The position numbers and the translations under genes are program-made. The notes under the pieces were generated by a model. It was not told where the DNA came from, did no database searches, and saw only the letters and a list, made by a program, of their open reading frames with translations. Shown here one piece after another: positions 45,168 through 53,734 of a stretch of DNA of 64,000 bases. Position 1 is the first letter of the stretch; each line of letters opens with the position of its first letter. The DNA comes from a bacterium (GTDB lineage Bacteria > Patescibacteriota > Minisyncoccia > Moranbacterales > UBA1568). The stretch spans positions 404,349 through 468,348 of the forward strand of contig JAKACP010000001.1 of the NCBI GenBank assembly GCA_021821305.1, written 5' to 3'.

Positions 45168-46383
45168 TATGCCTATGAAAAAACTCCTCGTGCTCGTGCC
45201 GATGGCCGCCGTCTTCCTGTCAGGGTGTTCGCTTCCGACGGCGCAGAAGCCGAAAGACGCTCCTGCGGGACCGGAGGTTCCCGGCGGATTCTCCGCCAAG
45301 ATAGAGAAGGGAAGCCTGTGGAAAACGAGCGATAGCGGGCAGACCTTCGAGGTGAAGTCGCAGGTCAATGAGACGACCCGCATCGAACAGGCGGATATCC
45401 TCTCCATCGCGTACCATCCGAAGAAACCGGCTACGATATATGTCAGTACCGTCGACCACGGCATACTGAAGACGGAGGACGGAGGCGAGCGATGGGAACA
45501 GATCCCGTTCCCGCCGAAGCGTATCTACAGTTTCATCCTCGATCGTAACGATCCGGACAACCGCATGTTCGCGTCCGGTGTGCTCGGCGAGTGGAGCAAG
45601 ATATTCCGAACGGAGGACGGGGGCAAGAATTGGAGCGAGGTCTACACCGAACCGGGACAGAAAACCGTCATCACCGCGCTCTCCCAGCATTTCCGCGACA
45701 TGAACATCATCTTCGCGGGGACCTCGGCCGGCACCATCATCAAAAGCGTCGACGGTGGCGAGACCTGGAAGAACATCGGGAACAAGGTGGACGGGGCCGC
45801 CACGGACATCGTCTTCGATTCGACGAGACCGCTCGTGACTTATCTCCTCATGACCGGGCGGAAGCTCTACTATTCGCCGGACGGCGGCAAGAGCTGGCTC
45901 GACTGGGAAGAGGAGAAGAAAAAGGAAGTGCAGGTGCTCCAGGACAGGGCATCGCAACTCACGAAGGACGGGAACAAGGATCGCTCGGATGCTGTCCGCA
46001 AGCAGGCCCAGGACCTGAGCAAGCGGAACCAGGAAAACCGGGTGCCGAGCGGTATCATATCCATCGCGGCCGACCCGACCCGATCCGGAACCATATACGC
46101 CGGGACGAGCAGAGGGCTCTACCGGAGCCCTGATTACGGGAAATACTGGTACGAGCTCAATATCATCGAGAGCGCGAAGAAGTTCCCGATCCGCTCGATC
46201 GCCATCGATCCGAAGAACTCCCAGGAAATCGTCTTCGTCGCCGGCAAGGCGTTCTATCGATCGGTGAACGGCGGCGATACCTGGGCGGTTACGGGTCTCA
46301 ATGTCGATCGCGACGCGTCGTTCGTCTCGTACGACCCGTTCGACTCCAAATACCTCTTCCTCGGACTCCGGAATTTCAAGTGA
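45168..46383 (+). CDS. BNR/Asp-box repeat beta-propeller lipoprotein (sialidase-like / Ycf48-like fold)
   Basis: Lipoprotein signal MPMKKLLVLVPMAAVFLSGC|S. At least 5 BNR motifs (TSDSGQTF, TEDGGERW, TEDGGKNW, SVDGGETW, SPDGGKSW, SVNGGDTW). The ORF-track start at 45103 overlaps the terminator. Confidence 0.8.
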
Positions 46384-46403
46384 CAACCATTTATCGAACG
46401 AAT

Positions 46404-46964
46404 ATGAGCATACAGGAAATACTTTCATCCAAGACGGGCGCTTTTCGTGCCGCTCTCGAACACTTCGAGACGGAGGCGGCCAAGATCCGGACCGGACGGG
46501 CGAACCCGTCCATCGTCGAGGATCTCCTTGTCGACTACTACGGTTCCAAGACGCCGCTCAAGCAGATGGCGAGCATCACGGTGCCCGAGGCCCGCATGCT
46601 TGTCATACAGCCCTGGGACCAGGGAAGCCTGCCGGCCGTGGCGGACGCCATACGGAGTTCGGATCTCGGATTGAATCCGGCGGACGACGGACACGTCATA
46701 CGTCTCTCGCTTCCGATGCTCACCGAGGATCGCCGGAAGGAACTCGCCAAGGTACTCAATGCCCGGGCCGAAGAAGCGCGCGTATCGATCCGGACCGTCC
46801 GTGAGGACGCCTGGAAGGATATCCAGGAACTCGAGAAGGAGGGCCTGATCGGGGAGGACGAGAAATTCCGGGGCAAGGACGATCTCCAGAAGGAAGTCGA
46901 TGGCTGGAACGCCAAGCTCGACGCGGCTCGAAAGAGGAAAGAAGAAGAGATTCTAACTGTCTAG
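46404..46964 (+). CDS. frr: Ribosome recycling factor
   Basis: 186 aa. MSIQEIL...KIRTGRANPSIVEDLLVDYYGSKTPLKQMASITVPEARMLVIQPWD is the RRF signature. The start at 46404 follows the previous stop (46381-83). Confidence 0.95.
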   Translation: MSIQEILSSKTGAFRAALEHFETEAAKIRTGRANPSIVEDLLVDYYGSKTPLKQMASITVPEARMLVIQPWDQGSLPAVADAIRSSDLGLNPADDGHVIRLSLPMLTEDRRKELAKVLNARAEEARVSIRTVREDAWKDIQELEKEGLIGEDEKFRGKDDLQKEVDGWNAKLDAARKRKEEEILTV

Positions 46965-46978
46965 GCATACACTCATCT

Positions 46979-48133
46979 ATGACACTCCTGACGATTCTCC
47001 TGTTTTTCCTTCTGCTCGGACTGCTCGTGTTCGTGCATGAGATGGGTCATTTCCTGACCGCGATCCGAAACGGCATCAAGGCCGAGGAGTTCGGTTTCGG
47101 TTTTCCGCCGCGTCTCGTGGGGGCCGTGAAGGATGATACGAGCGGAAAGTGGAAGGTGGTCTGGGGGAACAGGCACGTCCACGGCAAGAACACGGTCTAC
47201 TCCTTCAACTGGATCCCGTTCGGCGGGTTCGTCCGGATCAAAGGAGAGGACAGTAACTCGATCACCGCGCCGGACAGCTTCGCGGGCAAGCCGGCCTGGA
47301 CGCGCATCAAGGTGCTCGGCGCCGGCGTATTCATGAACTTCGCGCTCGCCTGGGTACTCCTTTCCATCGTGCTCATGCTCGGATTCCCACAGCCGGTGAC
47401 GGACGAGAACCGCGCCTTGGTCGACCGGGTGGATATCCAGATACTCTCGGTCGCCAAGGATTCTCCCGCGGAGACCATGGGTATCAAACCCGGCGACCGG
47501 GTATTGTCCGTTGACGGTGTCGCCATGACGGATCTGGAGCAGGTCCAAGCGGCGATCCAGGACAAACGGGGGACCGAAATCTCGATGACGATCGACCGTT
47601 TCGGCGAGATGCTCACGCTCTCCGGCACGCCCCGCCTCGCCACTCCCGAAAACGAGGGAGCACTCGGTATTTCCTTCGCGGAAACGGCCATCATCGGTTA
47701 TGCCTGGTACGAGGCGCCGATACGCGGAGCGCAGGCGACCTATCATACGACCGGTGCGATTCTCGGCGCGCTCGGCAACATCGTGAAAAACGTCTTCATC
47801 GGCGAGAAGGCGGGAGTCGACGTGACCGGTCCGGTCGGCATCGTCGTCATGACCAAACAGATGAGCGATCTCGGCATCCCGTATCTCCTCCAGTTCGCCG
47901 CCATCCTCTCCATCAACCTCGGTATCTTCAATATCCTTCCGTTTCCGGGACTCGACGGCGGCCGTATCCTCTTCATCCTCATCGAGAAGATCAAGGGCTC
48001 TCCGGTCAAGGAAACGGTGGAACAGTGGGCGCATACGGTGGGGTTCTTGCTTCTCCTCCTTCTCATGATCTTCGTGACGATCAAGGACGTGGCCGACCTC
48101 AAGCTTCTCGAGAAGATCGGCAATCTGTTCTAA
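46979..48133 (+). CDS. rseP: RIP metalloprotease RseP (site-2 protease, M50 family)
   Basis: HEMGH zinc motif in TM1, a PDZ domain (GIKPGDRVLSVDGVAM), and the LDGG motif (NILPFPGLDGGRILF). Confidence 0.95.
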   Translation: MTLLTILLFFLLLGLLVFVHEMGHFLTAIRNGIKAEEFGFGFPPRLVGAVKDDTSGKWKVVWGNRHVHGKNTVYSFNWIPFGGFVRIKGEDSNSITAPDSFAGKPAWTRIKVLGAGVFMNFALAWVLLSIVLMLGFPQPVTDENRALVDRVDIQILSVAKDSPAETMGIKPGDRVLSVDGVAMTDLEQVQAAIQDKRGTEISMTIDRFGEMLTLSGTPRLATPENEGALGISFAETAIIGYAWYEAPIRGAQATYHTTGAILGALGNIVKNVFIGEKAGVDVTGPVGIVVMTKQMSDLGIPYLLQFAAILSINLGIFNILPFPGLDGGRILFILIEKIKGSPVKETVEQWAHTVGFLLLLLLMIFVTIKDVADLKLLEKIGNLF

Positions 48134-48350
48134 GGCTCATTCAGCTTATCTTTTTCCGATTCGTCCCGGATCTTCCTTTTCGCGGTACGCGGTTTTCCTG
48201 CTGAAAAATCTCTCGATGATGCCGCCGGCCGCGGCATCAGTGCCCGCGAAAAGAAAATCCGAGCCGAATATCGGAGCGGGAGCTCTTTTTGTCGAGCCCT
48301 TCAGCTGTTTGTTCAAAAACTCCTTTTATCGGGGGTTTTCTTTCGTACTC

Positions 48351-48379
48351 TTGACAATTCTTGATTTTTTTGCTATGAT
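48351..48379 (+). promoter_or_regulatory. Sigma70 promoter of the Wzz-like gene at 48428
   Basis: TTGACA (48351-56), 17-nt spacer, TATGAT (48374-79), with an extended TGc just upstream. Confidence 0.6.
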
Positions 48380-48427
48380 ATCGGGTCGAAATGGTGGCAT
48401 GTCATTAATCGAGGGAATCTCATTCTT

Positions 48428-49069
48428 ATGGCAAACGTCTCTTTTTTCAGCGTTCTTCGGCGGAATGCCGGCAGTATCGCTTTTATCGGTATTTTGGCGA
48501 GCGCGCTCGGGATGGCATTCGTGTTTTTGTCAGGCGCCGATTACGAGGTCAGGACGGACTACCTCGTGAGTCAGGAGGGCGTCGAATCGAAAGACTACTA
48601 CACGGTGGCCCGCTCCGCCGAATACATGGGCAAAATCCTCGGCGAGGTCATGTACAGCGAGAAATTCATGAATGCCTCGCTCGAGACCGGCAAGATGAGC
48701 CAGGATTTCTTTCCGGCGGGAAAACAGGATCGGCTGAGGGCATGGAGCTCCGCCGTGAAGGTGGAGAAGCAGCTCGACTTGGGTATCCTCTCCGTCACCG
48801 TTCTGCATGACAATGACCGCGAAGCGATGCGGGTCTCCCAGGCGGTCTCCCAGGTGCTGATCGAGAAGAACAATCTCTTCCTCGGCACGGGTGAGAAGCC
48901 GGTGCCCGTCTCGATCCTCTCCGGTCCGATCGTGGAGCGGAACCCGAGCATGAAGGAAGTGCTCGCGGCGGTCTTCGGAGGGTTTTTCTTCGGAGTACTG
49001 ATCGCTTCGGTCCTGTTCTTCCTCAAGCAGGAGGTGTTCCGAAAGGAATTGAAACCATACGGAGTCTGA
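48428..49069 (+). CDS. Wzz-like polysaccharide chain-length determinant family membrane protein (putative)
   Basis: N-terminal TM (IAFIGILASALGMAFVFL), a periplasmic domain of about 150 aa, and a C-terminal TM (VFGGFFFGVLIASVLFFL). Same architecture as 23168-23776. Confidence 0.5.
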   Translation: MANVSFFSVLRRNAGSIAFIGILASALGMAFVFLSGADYEVRTDYLVSQEGVESKDYYTVARSAEYMGKILGEVMYSEKFMNASLETGKMSQDFFPAGKQDRLRAWSSAVKVEKQLDLGILSVTVLHDNDREAMRVSQAVSQVLIEKNNLFLGTGEKPVPVSILSGPIVERNPSMKEVLAAVFGGFFFGVLIASVLFFLKQEVFRKELKPYGV

Positions 49070-49190
49070 CCGATCTTCCTCATCCGGAGGAACGTGATTC
49101 TTCCGGAAAAGGAGAACCGGTCGGCATGACGAAGGTCATGCGCGGTCTCTCGCACATTTACAATTTTTTGCTATCAAAAGGAGATCTACC

Positions 49191-50087
49191 ATGTCGAAAA
49201 TCGGATGGAACGTATTGTTCGTCGCACTGCTCGTTACGGGCTGCGCGACGGCGCCGAATGCCATCCGGTTGACGGATGGTGAAGGCAAAGAGGCGAAGGT
49301 GGTCCGCTCCATGGGTATCGATCCGGTGATGTTCTCCGGATTGCCGTGGACGGATGCCCTCAAGAACGGGAACTTCGTGACCGTGCTCGGAGTGTTCCCC
49401 GGGACTCCCGAAAGCTACGCCGAATGGGATCCGCTTCGGATCCGCTACCAGGCGCATGCAGTCGGGGCTTCCGGACGGGAATATGCCGCCTACGCGGTGT
49501 TCGCCGGCTTCATCAACTGTGTCCCGCGCTACTTCGTCGTCGTCGAAGGCTTGCAAGAGCCCTTGGCGGATGTGAAGGCGATCACGCTTTCCACGCTTCT
49601 CACCCGCGCATACGATCTGCAGGGGAAAGAGGTGAAAGTCGATGCCGCGAAGCTGCAAAACAGCGCCGCGTATCGGAGGGAACTGATCGAGCGTGAAGGA
49701 ACGTCGCTTGCGGCGGTCCGCCCGATACAGGGGATGCAGCGTGCGTTCGACGGCTGGAGCGTGTATGACACGAAATCCGGTCGGATCGCGACGCCGCTCG
49801 ACGAGGCCAAGGTCAAGTACCTGTCCGGCATCAATCCCCAGTATTCGTATTGGGAAAAAGTGACCGGATCCGCCAGAGCATCGGTGAGTCCCGATTACGT
49901 GTCGACCTCGGTCGGTATCGTATTCGATCTCATCGCCGCCACGAAGGTGAAGGCGCAGGGATTCGACTATGAATCCGTGATGTCCCGCAGCCAGCAAGGG
50001 TACAACCTGGCAGTCTTGGAAGCCCTGCGTCAAGCGGGGGAGAAGAGCTGTCGCATCGCTGAAATGAAGGAGAGGAGTCGACCATGA
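49191..50087 (+). CDS. Hypothetical lipoprotein
   Basis: RBS aaggag. Lipobox LLVTGC|A. 298 aa. No family recognised. 4-nt overlap with the next gene. Confidence 0.65.
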   Translation: MSKIGWNVLFVALLVTGCATAPNAIRLTDGEGKEAKVVRSMGIDPVMFSGLPWTDALKNGNFVTVLGVFPGTPESYAEWDPLRIRYQAHAVGASGREYAAYAVFAGFINCVPRYFVVVEGLQEPLADVKAITLSTLLTRAYDLQGKEVKVDAAKLQNSAAYRRELIEREGTSLAAVRPIQGMQRAFDGWSVYDTKSGRIATPLDEAKVKYLSGINPQYSYWEKVTGSARASVSPDYVSTSVGIVFDLIAATKVKAQGFDYESVMSRSQQGYNLAVLEALRQAGEKSCRIAEMKERSRP

Positions 50088-52072
50088 CACACCCAAACGA
50101 ACCGGGCTTCGGTCCGGATCCCACGGGATCGTCTTCGGGCGATTCCACCCACACCGCAACTCTCGCCGAAAGGAGAAGGGCAGTGAGATCCCATAAAGCG
50201 AAACGGGATCTCAAGCGTCTCGCTTGGATCCTGCTCGGCCTGGTGGCACTCATCGCGTTCCTCGTGTTTTTCGCGAAGCGTGATGACGTGGAGCCGCTTG
50301 TCTCGAAACCCATAACCCCTCCGGCCGCTACCCAAATGGCACCGGAAAAGGTCACGCCCGCCGAGGCCAAGCCCGCAAAGGCCGAACCCGAAGCGAAGCC
50401 GGAAGGAACGTACTACACGTTCCGCGACGGCGATCGGATGTTCCAATTGTTCGGAAAATCCGGGGCGTTGAAAGTTCAACAGGCCAACCCCGAACTGATC
50501 AAGGATATCAACAGGATCAGGAAGGGTGACACCGTCCTCGTGCCGGCAGACGTGAAGATTCACAAGATGCCGGCATTCCGTATCGTGGATTGCTCCAGGA
50601 CCAGAAAAGGGTTCTGCGAGTACAGGAATCCCGGCGGCGACAAGATGTGCGGTGTGCGGAGCCACGAGAAAGCTCTCACGAGTCCTCAGGAATACGGTCT
50701 TACCGCCGAACAAGCGGCGACCGTCATGGGTGACAAGGGCGAGCGCGTACTCCTCCCATCCGGGACGAGACTTTCCGCGCTTTCGTTCGGTCATGGCCAC
50801 TGGCAGGGCCCCGTCGTCCTCATGAAGGACATGTTGGCTCATCGCAAAGCGGTTATCGGCGGCAAAACGTACCTTGAGTTCGATGCCTGCTGTAACTTGG
50901 CCACCATGGAAGTTCCCCCGGAACCCGTACCGCTTGAACCCGAACCGATCCCAGAACCGCCTCCGGCTCCGGTCGAGGAACCACCACCCGTGATTCCGGA
51001 ACCTCCTCAAGAGCCGAAAGAGCCCGAGGAAGGACCGCCGCCCGTACCGCCGCTGTCCGCTTTCCCTGTCGAGAACGAACTCGAGTGGGAAGCGATCGTC
51101 GGTGCCGGTGTGTGGAACAACGGCCTCGCGAATGGCAAGTGGTGGTATGGTGAAGGACTGCTCTCGGTGAAGCTCGGAGACGGGTATTCGCTGGGCATCG
51201 GTCCTTTCTATGCCGCGGGCAAAGGCGAAAGCGAAACTTCCGCGTATACGTGGAGGGAGAGCACCGGTTGGGGCCCACAGGTCGGCTTGAAGCGGAACTA
51301 CCGCGCCGAGCAGACCGATGAGTTCGGACAGACCGTCCTCCTCCCGGCCGGCTGGCAGCTGAAAGCACGCTTCCTCTCGCATGACAAAGTGTCCGGCGGG
51401 AACCCCGAGTCCGGGTATCACAATACCCAGTGGGGCAAGAAGATCGGTGTCTACGGCGAGTACTTCGAGCGCAAGAGTCTTGATTGGCTCTATGGCGTGT
51501 CCGGAGAAATCTGGCACTACTATGACGGACGCATCCGGTCGACGTGGTCCGGGGACAAACCCCAGGATCGCGGCAGCTGGAACGCCAACGTCTATGCCCA
51601 GTATCGTATCAACGACGACTGGCAGGCACGGGGAATCGCAGGCGTGGCCCATCAGAATTGGGACCGCCTGAACTACCTCAACCTGACGGCCGAGATGCGG
51701 TATCGGGAAACCCTCATGTTCGGTCCTCGCCTGTCGCTCGCTCTCAACAAGCCCGACACGTACCGCGACATCGGTCGCGGCGACCTCACGACACTCGGCG
51801 CATTCGTGCGTCTCGAACTCGGCGGAATCATCCGCCAGAAAGATCGCGAAGTTCGCGAAGAGAGCGTGGTGTTCGTAGGACCGACGACCGATCCGGTGGA
51901 CGAGGGAGCAGTCGCTCCCGCCCCCATGAGCGCTTCTCCGGAAGCCGAAGGGGGGTACCTGCCTGTCGCCTATGAGGCTCCGCCCGTCGGAGCCGAGCAG
52001 GCGGTCGTCCCTGCTACGGAGAATCCGGAAGTGACGTCCTCTTGGGGACCGAGCTCGGACTCCGGGCCGTAA
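50084..52072 (+). CDS. Large membrane-anchored protein with LysM-like domain, Pro-rich linker and a C-terminal Trp/Tyr-rich beta domain
   Basis: Single N-terminal TM (LAWILLGLVALIAFLVFF). LysM-like segment GTYYTFRDGDRMFQLFGKSG...INRIRKGDTVLVP. A (PEP)n linker. The C-terminal 330 aa is rich in W/Y/G (GKWWYGEGLLSVKLGDGYSLGIGPFY...). The antisense 681-aa ORF (50030-52075) is rejected as a mirror ORF. Confidence 0.7.
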   Translation: MTHPNEPGFGPDPTGSSSGDSTHTATLAERRRAVRSHKAKRDLKRLAWILLGLVALIAFLVFFAKRDDVEPLVSKPITPPAATQMAPEKVTPAEAKPAKAEPEAKPEGTYYTFRDGDRMFQLFGKSGALKVQQANPELIKDINRIRKGDTVLVPADVKIHKMPAFRIVDCSRTRKGFCEYRNPGGDKMCGVRSHEKALTSPQEYGLTAEQAATVMGDKGERVLLPSGTRLSALSFGHGHWQGPVVLMKDMLAHRKAVIGGKTYLEFDACCNLATMEVPPEPVPLEPEPIPEPPPAPVEEPPPVIPEPPQEPKEPEEGPPPVPPLSAFPVENELEWEAIVGAGVWNNGLANGKWWYGEGLLSVKLGDGYSLGIGPFYAAGKGESETSAYTWRESTGWGPQVGLKRNYRAEQTDEFGQTVLLPAGWQLKARFLSHDKVSGGNPESGYHNTQWGKKIGVYGEYFERKSLDWLYGVSGEIWHYYDGRIRSTWSGDKPQDRGSWNANVYAQYRINDDWQARGIAGVAHQNWDRLNYLNLTAEMRYRETLMFGPRLSLALNKPDTYRDIGRGDLTTLGAFVRLELGGIIRQKDREVREESVVFVGPTTDPVDEGAVAPAPMSASPEAEGGYLPVAYEAPPVGAEQAVVPATENPEVTSSWGPSSDSGP

Positions 52073-52162
52073 CAAGATCTCCTCTTGGGATATGCTCTAA
52101 CCGTTGTGTTTTCGACGTAGATATAATCGTCGGACGGTGAGAATCCCTGGAAAGCAATACCG

Positions 52163-52200
52163 AAGACCTGCGTTTGAGCTCATCGCAGGTCTTTTCTTTT
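52163..52200 (+). terminator. Rho-independent terminator
   Basis: aagacctgcg-tttgagctcat-cgcaggtctt followed by ttctttttctc. Confidence 0.75.
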
Positions 52201-52221
52201 TCTCAATTTCTCGGTATTTTG

Positions 52222-52397
52222 CACATCACCTTACCCGGTGTCTCCCGTTTCCGACCGCACCCTCACCGCTCCCTGTTTTCTTTCCGGAAAATATTCCTCA
52301 CTCGACGGCATCCCGAGAATATTTTCCGGGAAAACAGGGGCTTGCTCAAGCAACGTGCGGTTCCCGGTGAACGGGAGACACCGGGTTGGTGATGGTG
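52222..52397 (+). repeat. Copy 2 of the 3-copy conserved intergenic element (core 52249-52367), best-preserved copy
   Basis: 28-bp near-perfect terminal inverted repeat cacatcaccttacccggtgtctcccgtt (52222-49) / aacgggagacaccgggttggtgatggtg (52370-97). Internal perfect 13-bp hairpin ccggaaaatattc (52284-96) / gaatattttccgg (52317-29). Core is about 95% identical to copy 3. Confidence 0.9.
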
Positions 52398-52438
52398 TGG
52401 CACCGGTCGGGAGGCGGTCGTGGAAAGGTCACGGAGGC

Positions 52439-52467
52439 TTGACAAAAATAACAAAAAGGTGTATGAT
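52439..52467 (+). promoter_or_regulatory. Sigma70 promoter of secreted protein gene A
   Basis: TTGACA (52439-44), 17-nt spacer aaaataacaaaaaggtg, TATGAT (52462-67). Nearly identical to the promoter at 53071. Confidence 0.65.
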
Positions 52468-52546
52468 TGGATGTTCCTGAAGTTTGGAGTTCCTCCAAGC
52501 AGGGGAACGTCGTACGTTTCCAACCAGAGCCCAAGGAGGGTTTATC

Positions 52547-52954
52547 ATGAAGAAATTGTTCGTACTTGTCGCCCTGGCTGCCGCGTTCAGCGCTCAGGCC
52601 GCGACCCAGCAGTTCAACCCCAGTGTCGTCGTTTCGGCGACCATGGATGGAAAGGGCAATGCGGTTATTGCCTGGACCGACCCCATGCAGGTCAAGGCCA
52701 TCGAGCACTATGTCGGTCATGGAAAAAAAGGCGGGTTCGTCAACACGATCCCCGTCGGCTCGGCCAAACAGGTTGTCCTCAAGGACATCGCCAAGAACGG
52801 TGGGCGCTTCAATCTCGTCGGTACCAACGGCAAGTATCTGCACCTCGAGTGCGGCGGCAACCCGAATACCGTCATGCCTACCTTCAAAGGCCTGGGGAAC
52901 GACTGCTCGTTCGAAGTGAACGGCCAAAAAGTCGGCGCCCTGGTCGTCCAGTAA
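52547..52954 (+). CDS. Small secreted Cys-containing protein, paralog A (135 aa)
   Basis: RBS aaggaggg lies 7 nt before the ATG. Signal peptide MKKLFVLVALAAAFSAQA|AT. The mature domain aligns with paralog B (GKGNAVIAWT/GDGSYTVSWT; IEHYVGHG/IEHFHGVK; GGRFNLVGTNGKYLHLECGG/GNPRFNGLHKGLWMLWECSA). Terminator at 52976-53010. Confidence 0.75.
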   Translation: MKKLFVLVALAAAFSAQAATQQFNPSVVVSATMDGKGNAVIAWTDPMQVKAIEHYVGHGKKGGFVNTIPVGSAKQVVLKDIAKNGGRFNLVGTNGKYLHLECGGNPNTVMPTFKGLGNDCSFEVNGQKVGALVVQ

Positions 52955-52975
52955 CTCTGGCAACTACGCGGCCAA

Positions 52976-53010
52976 CCCTGATTCCGAACGGAGTCAGGGT
53001 TTTTGTTTTC
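52976..53010 (+). terminator. Rho-independent terminator
   Basis: ccctgattc-cgaacg-gagtcaggg followed by tttttgttttc. Confidence 0.75.
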
Positions 53011-53070
53011 TCGTTTTTTTGTCGCGCAGATCCGGAGAGGTCTCCGATATGGCGCAGAATTTTCCCTCTT

Positions 53071-53099
53071 GACAAAAATCGAAAAAAGGCGTATGGTGA
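53071..53099 (+). promoter_or_regulatory. Sigma70 promoter of secreted protein gene B
   Basis: TTGACA (53071-76), 17-nt spacer aaaatcgaaaaaaggcg, TATGGT (53094-99). Confidence 0.65.
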
Positions 53100-53185
53100 A
53101 GCGTCCACCTCATGGGCCCTATAGAAAAGCCATGGGTGTGGACACACGCCCCTGTCCATTAACATTCTTCTATAGGAGGTCAATC

Positions 53186-53623
53186 ATGACCAAACTTTTT
53201 TCTTTTCTCCTCTCCGCGTTCGTGGCTTCCGCCGCATTCGCATTCGCCGCTCCCGCGAGCGCCGATACCTTCGATGTTCCATCGAGCGCACGTCTTTCGT
53301 GCAAAGCGAACGGTGACGGAAGCTACACGGTTTCCTGGACCGGCGTCACGCTCGACACCATCGAGCACTTCCACGGCGTCAAAACCGCCGGGTGGAAGAC
53401 CCCGATCGTCCTCAATGGTGCCAAAGTGGCTCATTTCAAAGGTGGCAACCCGCGTTTCAACGGGCTGCATAAGGGCCTGTGGATGCTGTGGGAGTGCAGC
53501 GCGCAGACCCCGAAAGGCGTCTTGGCAAAAGGCGACCCCCGCCTCAAAGGCATCGGTATCGCCTGCGACTGGCTCGACCCGGCCGACGGGCAGCCCAAAG
53601 CTGCTCTGGAGTGCGTTCGTTAA
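53186..53623 (+). CDS. Small secreted Cys-containing protein, paralog B (145 aa)
   Basis: RBS aggaggt lies 6 nt before the ATG. Signal peptide MTKLFSFLLSAFVASAAFAFAAPASA|DT. Four Cys. Paralogous to 52547-52954. Confidence 0.75.
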   Translation: MTKLFSFLLSAFVASAAFAFAAPASADTFDVPSSARLSCKANGDGSYTVSWTGVTLDTIEHFHGVKTAGWKTPIVLNGAKVAHFKGGNPRFNGLHKGLWMLWECSAQTPKGVLAKGDPRLKGIGIACDWLDPADGQPKAALECVR

Positions 53624-53642
53624 GAACGCTTTTCCCTCCACG

Positions 53643-53683
53643 ACCCCTCGTTCGCATAATGCGTCGAGGGGTTGATTTTTTTG
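53643..53683 (+). terminator. Rho-independent terminator
   Basis: acccctcg-ttcgcataatgcgt-cgaggggt followed by tgatttttttg. Overlaps the -35 of the next promoter (TTGATT 53672, TATGGT 53694). Confidence 0.7.
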
Positions 53684-53734
53684 TATGAATATGGTATGGT
53701 ATACTGTCCTATAAATGACATCGCACGGCAGCCT

